Shown piece after piece: positions 1 through 10,846 of a DNA stretch of 64,000 nucleotides. How positions within the stretch are numbered: position 1 is the stretch's first letter; the number at the start of each line of letters is the position of its first letter. Under the pieces are notes generated by a model. It was not told where the DNA came from. It made no database searches and saw nothing but the letters and a program-made list of their open reading frames with translations. Source of the DNA: Octopus vulgaris (lineage: Eukaryota). Location of the stretch: assembly GCA_951406725.2 (NCBI GenBank), contig OX597819.1:135470001-135534000 (forward strand), written 5' to 3'. Made by a program: the position numbers and the translations under genes.

Positions 1-67
1 GGAATCGAAACCGCCATCCTCCGACCGCGAGGCCGCTCCCCTAACCACAGAGCCATTGCGCTTCCAC
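1..67 (-). mobile_element. tRNA-derived SINE head (partial, runs off window)
   Basis: Reverse complement shows Pol III A-box (TGGCTCTGTGG) and B-box (GGTTTCGATTCC) like motifs. Confidence 0.7.
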
Positions 68-72
68 AAAAT

Positions 73-322
73 GAATTCGCCCTTTTAAAGCCTAACCAGG
101 CTCATGGGCCCGGTTTCCCGGTTTCAGTGGCGTATGTGTTCCCCAGCTGGAGGGGACGCCAGTCCATCGCAGCGTTACTCATTTTAGCCAGCTGAGTGGA
201 CTGGAGCAACGTGAAATGAAGTGTTTTGCTCAAGAACCCAACGCGTCGCCCCGTCCAGGAATCGAAACCACAATCATACGATCATGATGCTGACACCCTA
301 ACCACTAAGCCACGCGCCTACA
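73..322 (-). mobile_element. tRNA-derived SINE
   Basis: Minus strand: TGGCTTAGTGG A-box, GGTTTCGATTCC B-box, then TTCTTGAGCAA..CACTT..TTTCACGTTGCTC..CACTCAGCTG body shared with 25990-26320. Confidence 0.8.
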
Positions 323-764
323 CCCTACGTCATTATATAAATAGAATAATCATCTACAAGGTGCACTTCGAGCTACAAATAATTCTGCCTGCTACAATTA
401 TAAGGTTTTAACTTTTGCTAATTAATTACATCGACGCCGAAGTTAATCTAGAGAGAATTGTATCGACCCTTGAAATGAAAAAAAGTGACGGGATTCGAAC
501 CCAGAATGTAAATTACCAAGGAATAGTTATAAATATTACTAACAAGTCATTGAGTGTATCTCTCGTGTAGTAATTGTTAGTATGAAACAGGTGTGCCTGT
601 TTGTGTGCGTATCGAAGAAAAGGTGTTTGTGTGACTTATCATACAATAAGCGAAGAGTGTTGTTACACTTGACTTAACATTAACAACTGAAGTCGCTTTT
701 ATAAAAAAAAATTATACTTCTATCCCAGTAAACAACTCTCATTATTATCAAGGCTATATACACC

Positions 765-932
<168 letters not shown>

Positions 933-981
933 TTGCAGGGGAAAATTAGATTTAGCATTAAATCCAGTTTTATAGTATAAA

Positions 982-1145
982 TATATTATATTATATTATA
1001 TTAAATTAGAGATAAAACCACTATTAGGCAAATCAAACAGTGAAAAACATAAGCCATTACATAAAGTTAATTTAAAAATATAAAAGTTAAAATTTTAAAA
1101 ATTATTTAAATAATTTAAACTTATAAATTTTAAATATATATATAT

Positions 1146-1189
<44 letters not shown>

Positions 1190-1598
1190 ATGTATGTATA
1201 TTTTTATATTTATATATTATTTTATTTAATAATTTATTTATTATTTAATTTATTTAATTATTTATTTATTAATTTTTTTTTTATTATCATATAAATATCA
1301 AAAGTATTACAACTTTTAATACTTTTGATATTTATATAATGAAAATAAAATAAATAAATTAATAAATAAAATAATTAATTAATAAATTAATAAATAAAAT
1401 AATATATAAATATAAAAATATACATACATACACACACACATGTATATATATATATTTAAAATTTATAAGTTTAAATTATTTAAATAATTTTTAAAATTTT
1501 AACTTTTATATTTTAAAATTAATTTTACGTATTGGCTAATGTTTTTTCACGGTTTGATTTGCCTAATAGTGGTTTTATCTCTAATATAATATAATATA

Positions 1599-1610
<12 letters not shown>
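982..1610. repeat. AT-rich imperfect palindrome (fold-back), centre ~1313
   Basis: TTAGAGATAAAACCACTATTAGGCAAATCAAAC (~1006) is the reverse complement of GTTTGATTTGCCTAATAGTGGTTTTATCTCTAA (~1552-1584); arms pair inward to AAAGTATTA/TAATACTTT. Confidence 0.9.
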
Positions 1611-1651
<41 letters not shown>

Positions 1652-1774
1652 GCAGCTTGTTAAAAAGGTTCTGAAAACAATTACAGTACGGACATTTGAT
1701 AAGAAACATAGAAGCAACTTAGATGAGGTTTTCTTTCCTTTTATATCGACCTCCATATTCAAAAGGTCCTTATT

Positions 1775-1835
1775 TAATCGACCCTAAAAGCATAAAAGTC
1801 AAAGTTGACATTGGTGGAGTTCGAACGCGGAATGT
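1775..1835 (-). mobile_element. Degenerate SINE fragment
   Basis: ATCGACCC..AAAG..ATAAAAGTCAAAGTTGAC..GG.GGAGTTCGAAC resembles the reverse complement of the body of the 25748 SINE. Confidence 0.5.
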
Positions 1836-2022
1836 GAAGCTCCTGGGCAGAGCTCTAAACATTAGTAACAAGTTATTAGCTGGATGAGTGTGTGTGTGTA
1901 AAATTGTTAGGTGTGTCACTTATGTTGAATAGTGTTTCTCGCCTGCTGACTTTAAACCTGACTTGACAAAATTTGTTTTGCCAAACAAAAGGTCGATTGT
2001 TATTCTAAGCCATTAAACGACT

Positions 2023-2063
<41 letters not shown>

Positions 2064-2169
2064 TATCAAATCTGTACACGCACACACTTGTCAGCATTTG
2101 TATATATATTCATACAAATATAGATGTATATGCCTACATATATATGCATTTATGCCTACATAGGTACTG

Positions 2170-2230
<61 letters not shown>

Positions 2231-2405
2231 CATTACAGATAAAAGGGTGAAATATAATTAATTTAATAAAATCAACAAATTTCACCTAGTAGCACTTCGG
2301 TACGGAAAAGGACCATATTCGGTAAAAGATTATATAATTACAACAATAACAATAAGGGTCTTTTCGGTATGTGGTCAATCAACTTGTGGCAAAGACCCTT
2401 ATTGT

Positions 2406-2444
<39 letters not shown>

Positions 2445-2466
2445 GTATATAGATATATATTCTCTT

Positions 2467-2857
2467 TTCCTCTTTTGATGTTTCAGTCATTTGGCTGCGG
2501 CCATGCTGGAGCACCGCCTTTAGTCGAGCAAATCGACCCCGGAACTTATTCTTTGTAAGCCCACTACTTATTCTATCGGTCTCTTTTGCCGAACCGCTAA
2601 GTGACGCGTACATAAACACACCAGCATCGGTTGTCAAGCAATGCTAGGGAGACAAACACATACACACACACACACATATATATACATATATACGACAGGT
2701 TTCTTTCAGTTTCCGTCTACCAAATCCACTCACAAGGCATTGGTCGGCCCGGGGCTATAACAGAAGACACTGGCCCAAGATGCCACGCAGTGGGACTGAA
2801 CCCGGAACCATGTGGTTGGTTAGCAAGATACTTACCACACAGCCACTCCAGCGCCTA
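2467..2857 (-). mobile_element. Full-length tRNA-derived SINE (octopus-type)
   Basis: Minus-strand head GGAGTGGCTGTGTGGTAAG..GGTTCAGTCC; 3' end GCATGGCCGCAGCCAAATGACTGAAAC plus purine tail, shared with 28131-28460 and 32800-32960. Confidence 0.85.
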
Positions 2858-3270
2858 TGGCCACTCCTATATGTAAATTTATATAACTAATGATAATCGC
2901 CTGCATGGGGATGAAAACCTCATAGATAATAATTATTATCAAAATTATAATTTAGCTGCTAGATATAGCAGCCTAAACCTAACTCTAAAACCACATTAAA
3001 TGTTTATAGAGCACCAGGAGAGAAGAGAAAGTGAGAAAGTAAACTAGTTAACGAGTTTATTATTATCTTTTTTGTTTGTTTATTTTGTCTTTTTGTCTTC
3101 CCGCCTGGTGCTGTATGGACATTTCATGTGGTTTTAGACTCACGTTTTGACTGCTATGTCTAGCATTATGCTATTTCTTACATACCCTTATTTGCAATTT
3201 TAATAATTGTATGTATATATATATATATATGTGTATATATATGTATGTGTATATATAAATATATACTTAC

Positions 3271-3344
<74 letters not shown>

Positions 3345-3347
<3 letters not shown>

Positions 3348-4191
3348 AACTTAGATAAACTTAGATATGTTTCGACCAAATATTGGTCCAGGCCATGTCT
3401 AACTTAATAGCACCACCTGGTAGGATTATTCGAATCATCTTTAAGTCAAGTTTGTTCAAGTAGTGAGTTCTTGTTGGGTGAGGTGTATCCAATTATGGGT
3501 GGCTTATCTGGTATTCTTTGAAGGAATTTATCCAGACTCCGTTTGAAGTTGATGGGATCCTTTTCCTCTTTGATCTCCCTCGGGAGAATGTTAAATAGGG
3601 CAGGGCCTGTTGAGGAAAAGAAATTATGTTGCAGTGTACATGTATGTTGTGATCTTGAATTGGGCAGGGGACGTATGGCCCGTGGTCCCAGTCTTGGATG
3701 AACGTTGAAGCCAATGTTAAGGTCGTTTGGGCAAAGTTGGCGGTATATTCGCCACATCGTACAAATGACGTACCGCTCACGGCGACGCTGGTGGGAGTAA
3801 AGTTTCAAGGCTTTAAGGTGATCCCAATAATCGAGAGCAGCCATGCCTTCAATTCGTTTAGTGAGTGCTCTCTGGGGTGATTCAATCCTCGAGTTGTTTT
3901 GTCTTGTATGGGGAGACCACAGTGGGCAGCAGTATTCGAGGTGTGGCCGTACAAAGGAGGAGAAAGTGGTATGATGACACCTTGTTGTCTTGACCGGAAA
4001 GTTCTTAAGATCCAGGAACTCATCCTACGAGCTATATCGACCTTCTTGTTGGTGTGTGCACTCCAACTGAGATCGTCATCAACAATTACACCCAGGTCTC
4101 TGATATTGTTAGAGGCTGTGAGCGGTTCCCCCTGAAGGAAGAGAATATGGTTGTTTTAGTGAGGAATTTCTTCCCAAATGCATCAGCTCAA

Positions 4192-4195
<4 letters not shown>
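3345..4195 (-). pseudogene. 5'-truncated, frameshifted CR1-group LINE 3' fragment related to the 9217-13940 element
   Basis: Split ORFs SWILRTFRSR / LKLYSHQRRRERY..DKFLQRIPDKPP align with the C-terminus of ORF 10837-13854; shared 3' UTR CCAGGTGGTGCTATTAAGTTAGACATGGCCTGG and TCTAAGTT tail repeats. Confidence 0.92.
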
Positions 4196-4254
<59 letters not shown>

Positions 4255-4477
4255 AATATATGTATATATATATACACACACATATATATATATATGTACA
4301 TATATATACGTATATAGAGGCATAAATAGGTATATACATATATACATACTTACATATACGCGTACATAAACCTTCTACACATCCATGCACGTTTATGACT
4401 GTGTCTGTCTTTCCTTTTAATTTTTTCAAATGTTATATATGTAATGCATATAGGAGAATGTATGAATATTAATGTAC

Positions 4478-4514
<37 letters not shown>

Positions 4515-4517
4515 TAT

Positions 4518-4556
<39 letters not shown>

Positions 4557-4749
4557 TCATTTCCACCATGGTAACACGCTATCTTCTTCCTTACTAATTC
4601 TTCAGATCCTTTCAACCAAAACAGCTTCGTCATCAACATTTATATACATATATACACACACATACATATATGTAGATGTATATACTCAACATTTAGGCAT
4701 ACTAAACAACTTATACATAAGTGTCTAAAAGTGTTTGTGTATGTAGATG

Positions 4750-4803
<54 letters not shown>

Positions 4804-4876
4804 CATCTACATATACAAACACATTTAGACACTTACAGAAAATATATACACATAAAAACACAGACACATATATTCA

Positions 4877-4920
<44 letters not shown>

Positions 4921-6200
4921 TGAATATATGTGTCTGTGTGTTTATGTGTATATCTTTTCTGCGTTTGCGTGTGTCTGTATGCATGTATGTCTATATCTAT
5001 GTACAACTCAACAGATATTTCAACTAATACAATATAGTTTTGTAATATATTTTAACTTCTAAAGGCAAATTCACAGCAATTCCCGTGGAAAATGAATTCG
5101 TTTTTTTATGGTAAAAGATTTCCAAACGCCAAACCCGCCAATTCTTCCCCCCACCTATGAATGTATCTATATGTGTTTAAAATCATAACATATTTGTGCA
5201 TCTATTCATATATAAGTGCACGTATGTATGTATGTATGTATGTATGTATGTATGTATGTATGTATGTATGTATGTATGTATGTATGTATGTATGTATGTA
5301 TGTATGTGTGCATGACTCTGTGTGTGTGAATGACATCTAATAGTTTGGGGTTCTTTCGCTTGCGCTCGAGATTATTGCCACGGGATACCTCGCCGTGACC
5401 TGTCTCCGGATCATGTCAGTAGAGGGAATAGGATCCCTAATGTGTCATGTAAGCCGTTTTGGATCTAAAATTTTAGGTCGCATAATCGCTGGCGAGGGTC
5501 TTTAGGATGAGTAGGAGGATACTTTGACGAGCATGGAATCCATGGCCCCGAACCTGGGTAAATCTGACCACGAATACAATGGTAATTAGCATGGGCATTG
5601 CAGGCAATGTGGGCGATGGTCAGCGACCGCCTTCTTCGATCAGGAATGGACAGCCTTCATCAACATCATACATACATACATACATACTTACATATATGCC
5701 TATATACGAAACTGCATACATGCATACACAATAAGTAGTTGCATGTATGTATAAATACAGACAAAGGTGAATACATACGTAGGTATATACATACCTGCCC
5801 ATACATGCATACATACACAACAATATACTTACTTGCATATAGAACTATATATACTTATATACATACATTCATACACTCTCATTCTTATGCGTATATAGAC
5901 ATATAATTTTCAAAATCCGGTCTCGTACACAATGAAAAATACATTCAAATGGTGACTCACTATTTCTTTTCTTTGACATTTCTAAAGAAATTCTAAAATA
6001 TCTCAACTCACGCTCATTAAATTTCTAATCAAAAGAAACTTGTCTCTAATCAAATCTTAGATCAACATTTAGGTCATAGTTAGGAAAACCGGATAAACTC
6101 AAGTACATATGTACTCACACTTTTCCATCAATTTATCTATCTATCTAGCTAGCTAGCTAACTGATATATGTATGTATGTATATATATATATATATGCATG

Positions 6201-6236
<36 letters not shown>

Positions 6237-6274
6237 TACATGTATATAGACACATATATATGCATATATATATA

Positions 6275-6331
<57 letters not shown>

Positions 6332-6418
6332 AGGAAAAATCTTTTTTTAAATGCAGAATGCTCAAATGAAAGAAAATTTTAATAAAATGAGAAATTGATA
6401 AAATATATAAATATATAT

Positions 6419-6459
6419 TTATTCAACCGGTTTTCGTCATTGTATGACTTGTCAAGAAT
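6419..6459 (-). ncRNA. Minimal hammerhead-ribozyme-like motif (U3-A8 variant) in 3' pLTR
   Basis: TATTC-TTGACAA-GTCA tacaa TGAC-GAAA-ACCGGT-T-GAATA on the minus strand. Confidence 0.6.
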
Positions 6460-7088
6460 ATTTATGTTTTAAAAAGTTTTTTTAAAAATTAGAAAGGGGA
6501 AAAAAAGAAAATTGCATTGTTTTTTGTAAAAGAATAATGATAAAAATGTACAAAAATTAAAAAATAAGTTCTCCGATACATTGTGAGTTCGTTGTGTATC
6601 TTGAGTTTTATGGTTGTTCACGAAAAAATTACCTTGAGGTGTTAAGATCCAAAGGGATTAAGAGCATGTGTTGTGTTGTTAAATTCAGCATGTTTGCAGG
6701 ACAGGAAGTAGTAGTAATTGTGGTCCTGGTTCTTCAGTTCCTGTGTTGTGAGTAAGGGGAGACAACTCTTTTGAGTTCTTCAATAAAACCCAAATTATAA
6801 AATTATCATTTTAGCTTCATTTGCGTTATCTTTTTTATATAATTGCTTGTTAACTTAACTTTCAGATTTTAACACTTTATTTATATTATTTTCTAATTAT
6901 ATAAATCTGCATAGACAATTGCATTTCAAATTGTCATATCATTTATAATAAAAATGATAGTAATAACAACAATAGTAAAAATGATATTTAAAGAATATAA
7001 GTTTTAGCTTGAAGTGATGAATGCATGGTATCTTTAAATATTTGTGTTAGTCCATCCATGAAGAGTGAGGTAGAGAAAGGAAGTTTGA

Positions 7089-8816
7089 TCAACGAGGAGT
7101 TTGCATATTAAGTTGTGTTTGGAATTTTTCAATAAAGAGATTCTCCTTGTTAATTCTCTCCTGTGTGGTGATCCCGTCTTTACATTGATAGAAGGGGAAT
7201 ATATAGAATTTGGGGTTTAAGTCTTTAGCACATGAGTCTAAGTGGTCACTCAGTGGAATTTGTCGGTATTCCGGGAGATTTATTTGTTCTTTATGCACCG
7301 TTACTCGTTTACGTAACGGGAGACTCGTTTGTCCAACATAATTATGTTGGCAACCAGCGCATGTGAGAACGTAGATAAGGTTCTCGGAGGAACAGGAGAA
7401 GTTAGTCTTGATTTTAAACTTCGTACCTTGTTTGAAGGTAAATTCAGAGCCTTCAAGTAGAAAGGGGCAGGTACCACAGTTTGAGCGTGCACATTTTTTT
7501 ACTGTTAGGGGTGGATGTGGTGTGTGAAGTTTGGCATTTGTCAAGAGTTTTTTTAAAGATTTGTGTTGCCTTTTGCATTTGAGGATTTTGTGTGTATTTA
7601 TAATGTTTTTCATTTTTGGGTCTGTTGACAGTAAACTGAGGTTTTGTATGATTGTGGTGTATGCTTCGATATTTTTGGGGTTGTGGGTGGAAATGTATGG
7701 AAGTATTTTGAGGTTGTGTGTGGTGTTAGGTTGGGTGGTTTTCAGTGTAGTGTTGTCTAGTTCTTTGGCGCGTTTTATTCCATACTCTATAAGGGTGGAG
7801 GGATATTGACGTTGTAATAGTGTTTTTTTGAGGTCTTGAAGGCGTATTTCTCGTGTTTTTGGATCCGAGACAATGGTGCATACCCTTTTAGCTAAATTGA
7901 AAGGGATATTTGTCTTGGTGTGTTTTGGGTGGCATGAACTAAAGAGGAGGTATTGTTGTGAGTCTGTAGGTTTGTGGTAGATGTCTGTTATGATTTGGTT
8001 CTTAGGTGTTTTTATAATTAGGAGATCAAGGAATGGGAGATGATGTTTGCTTAATTCCATAGTGAATTGGATGTTGGGATGTATGTTGTTTAGTATGGTT
8101 TTGAATTCCAGGAGTTTTTCATAAGGTTCTTTCCATATGATGAAACAATCATCTAAATACCTTTTCCAGTTTTCCATTAGGTAGGTGTGGAAAACATGCC
8201 CAAATTTCTGGCTTGATATTTCATAGAGTGACAGTTCGAAGTAACCCATTATGAGGTTCGCAAGGACTGGTGCAGCCTTGGTACCCATCGCAATGCCACA
8301 TTTTTGACGGTAGTGTGTGTCGTCGAAGAGAAAAAAATTGTTTGTCAGAATGAACTTGAGAGATTCTGTAATAAAAGACTTGTTAATGCGGTCAGGGAAT
8401 GTCTCTGGGTGTTTTTCTAGCCAGAAGTCAATTGCCTCTATACCATACTCATGTGGAATGTTGGTGTAGAGGTTGATGACATCAAAGGATACCAGGAGTG
8501 CCTCCTCGTTAACTGTTTTCGGGAGGTGTTTGAGCATGTCCAGATCATCCCTAATGAAACTTTTGATGTGGGTAAGGAAAGGTTTCAAAAGGATGTCTAG
8601 GAAGTTACTCAGGCGGTGTGTTTCACAGGAGGTACCAGCCACGATGGGCCTTAGTTTTAGGTCCTCCGGTGCTTTGATGTTGATGTGGATGTCAGTGGAG
8701 AGTTTGCAGGCTTCGGTGATGTATTTGTTTTTATGGATTTTAGGAAGGCCATAAAAAAGGCTGGGCTTGCATTTGAAAATGGTGATATAATCCCTTTCTT
8801 TTTCTGTGAGTCCTTG
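7089..8816 (-). CDS. PLE reverse transcriptase plus GIY-YIG endonuclease, N-terminally truncated
   Basis: FYGLPKIHK, LRPIV, SFDVINLYTNIP, GIAMGT, RYLDD, LPFLD, YHKPT; Cys-rich linker CARSNCGTC (Neptune-type); NLIY..CAGC..YVGQT..R...H; no internal stops. The nominal TTG start at 8840 lies inside the inverted pLTR. Confidence 0.95.
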   Translation of the reverse strand, partial: QGLTEKERDYITIFKCKPSLFYGLPKIHKNKYITEACKLSTDIHINIKAPEDLKLRPIVAGTSCETHRLSNFLDILLKPFLTHIKSFIRDDLDMLKHLPKTVNEEALLVSFDVINLYTNIPHEYGIEAIDFWLEKHPETFPDRINKSFITESLKFILTNNFFLFDDTHYRQKCGIAMGTKAAPVLANLIMGYFELSLYEISSQKFGHVFHTYLMENWKRYLDDCFIIWKEPYEKLLEFKTILNNIHPNIQFTMELSKHHLPFLDLLIIKTPKNQIITDIYHKPTDSQQYLLFSSCHPKHTKTNIPFNLAKRVCTIVSDPKTREIRLQDLKKTLLQRQYPSTLIEYGIKRAKELDNTTLKTTQPNTTHNLKILPYISTHNPKNIEAYTTIIQNLSLLSTDPKMKNIINTHKILKCKRQHKSLKKLLTNAKLHTPHPPLTVKKCARSNCGTCPFLLEGSEFTFKQGTKFKIKTNFSCSSENLIYVLTCAGCQHNYVGQTSLPLRKRVTVHKEQINLPEYRQIPLSDHLDSCAKDLNPKFYIFPFYQCKDGITTQERINKENLFIEKFQTQLNMQTPR

Positions 8817-8962
8817 ACTCAAGATACACAACGAACTCACAATGTATCGGAGAACTTATTTTTTAATTTTTGTACATTTTTATCATTATTCTTTTACAAA
8901 AAACAATGCAATTTTCTTTTTTTCCCCTTTCTAATTTTTAAAAAAACTTTTTAAAACATAAA

Positions 8963-9003
8963 TATTCTTGACAAGTCATACAATGACGAAAACCGGTTGA
9001 ATA
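8963..9003 (+). ncRNA. Minimal hammerhead-ribozyme-like motif, inverted pLTR copy
   Basis: Same motif as 6419-6459, on the + strand. Confidence 0.6.
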
Positions 9004-9667
9004 AATATATATTTATATATTTTATCAATTTCTCATTTTATTAAAATTTTCTTTCATTTGAGCATTCTGCATTTAAAAAAAAATTTTTCCTTACTTATCA
9101 TTTCTCCACGTGCGGTCAACACAACCCCACCATTTATTGATCTCTATATATATATATGCATATATATATATATATATCTATATATATCTATATATATCTA
9201 TATATATGATATATATCATCCTGAAGCTGAGACGATAAGACGTGTTTTTACTCCTCTCTGCGCCGGTCAGCAGCAAGCTTCACAGCTACATTCGTCGTAA
9301 TTGACCATCACATATATTCCTGTATATTTGAAACCACGCTTTTTCCCAACTCGTGAGTAGACTTTTCCTTAACCACAAACTATTTTCATAACTTTCAAAC
9401 GACCAAATATTTTCAAACACCTTCTGATAACTAAAGGATCACCCACACATTAAAAATTAGAAAAAGAGGGGAAAAAATGAAAAGAAAAGAAAGATAAAAT
9501 AACTACAAGCCCATAATTCAAATACAAACTTCTCAGTATTACAGCAAACATTCTGTACAATCAATTCTACATACTTCTCCTTAAAAAAAAAAAAATAAAT
9601 AAAATAATTAAAAGTAATCAACAAAACAAACGAACAAAATAAAATTTAATAAAACATATCAACCAGA

Positions 9668-10846
9668 ATGGCTAGCCACCAAAAATCCAACAAAAACTGG
9701 TCTGATAATGAAGTCGACGTTCTTATCAACACATGGCATGGCCTTACCGAAACAGAGAGCATAGGTGCTTCGTATCTGAACGAAATTGCTAAACGAGCAG
9801 TTCACCATTTGCAAACTCGATCTGAACAGCAGATACAAAATAAATTAAAACAAATCGAAGTTGCTTTTAAATTAATAAATAAACACTTCGATAAACTGAG
9901 ATGTGTTTTCTCTTCGAACGCATCACCGGCGCAACAACAACAACAACAACAACAACAACAACCTCAACAACAACAAACTCAGCGGCAACAACAACAACAG
10001 ATACAGCAACAACAACAGGATGAACCACTCCTCGATTCATCTACAATGGCCGATTTGCTAAACGAAACGATTGACCCCCCAGTCATCAGGGTCACACAGC
10101 AGGAAGCACCACCCCTTCCTTTCACTGCCCCAGCAGCTCAATCATCATCATTGTCAACACCATCTCCTCTGCTTACTCCTACTAGTACTACTCCAACTAT
10201 GTATCGACAAATATCTTTGTCTTGGAATCGACCTCCTCAATCATTACCACTGTCAACATCTCTTCTACCTACTACTACTACTACAACTACTACTACTAAT
10301 GCTATCTCAAGGAATTTACCTCCTACAGGTCACAAAGGTCGCCAAAACTTCAACAAACTATCATCTACACCTTTCACAACTCACACACACACACGCACCT
10401 ACACACCCACTCGAAACCCCATCATTTGCCGATATTCTCTTCGCCATAGACTGTGCACTGATAGAGACTGCAAATTCACCCATTTACCTGGAACAAAACG
10501 CTCTATCCCCACAAACTACAACAGCAACCACCATAATACAACACCACCACAACCACCAATATCTCAAACAAGGAATCCCCAAATCTGCCGCTATTCCCAG
10601 CGAGACAGATTGTGTCTGCACAGGGATTGCCCCTTTACCCATCTCCCGGGGACTCGTCGGACATTTAAAGATAACCACTCACATAAAAATAGCCGCGGCC
10701 ACAGTCACCTGCGGTTCCCTAGACAGGAAACCACCTCTTCTTCCTCTTTTTTAGCTATAATGAATCTAGCAAAAGAACTGGAAAAAAACATCCGAGCTAT
10801 CACCCACCACCATCCACCACAAATACCCCACTGCACATGCCATTAA
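9668..10846 (+). CDS. LINE ORF1 protein: Myb/SANT(trihelix)-like N-terminus, polyQ and S/T/P linker, two CCCH zinc fingers
   Basis: NWSDNEVDVLINTW..RSEQQIQNKLKQI; CRYSLRHRLCTDRDCKFTH and CRYSQRDRLCLHRDCPFTH (C-x8-C-x4-C-x3-H); lies immediately upstream of ORF2. Confidence 0.8.
   Translation: MASHQKSNKNWSDNEVDVLINTWHGLTETESIGASYLNEIAKRAVHHLQTRSEQQIQNKLKQIEVAFKLINKHFDKLRCVFSSNASPAQQQQQQQQQQPQQQQTQRQQQQQIQQQQQDEPLLDSSTMADLLNETIDPPVIRVTQQEAPPLPFTAPAAQSSSLSTPSPLLTPTSTTPTMYRQISLSWNRPPQSLPLSTSLLPTTTTTTTTTNAISRNLPPTGHKGRQNFNKLSSTPFTTHTHTRTYTPTRNPIICRYSLRHRLCTDRDCKFTHLPGTKRSIPTNYNSNHHNTTPPQPPISQTRNPQICRYSQRDRLCLHRDCPFTHLPGTRRTFKDNHSHKNSRGHSHLRFPRQETTSSSSFLAIMNLAKELEKNIRAITHHHPPQIPHCTCH

Larger units (their letters stand above)
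6329..9143 (-). mobile_element. Penelope-like retroelement (Neptune-like), 5'-truncated, with inverted copy of 3' pLTR
   Basis: RT + GIY-YIG ORF; 6329-6606 is the reverse complement of 8817-9094; both ends abut (TA)n. Confidence 0.9.

Noticed and set aside
5345-5670. GC-richer island between (TATG)n and (CATA)n, possibly a LINE 3' remnant
   Set aside because: No convincing protein motif by eye; left unassigned pending BLASTX
6329-9094. DNA transposon with 280-bp TIRs
   Set aside because: Interior encodes RT and GIY-YIG, not a transposase; repeats are copies of the 3' end and are asymmetric
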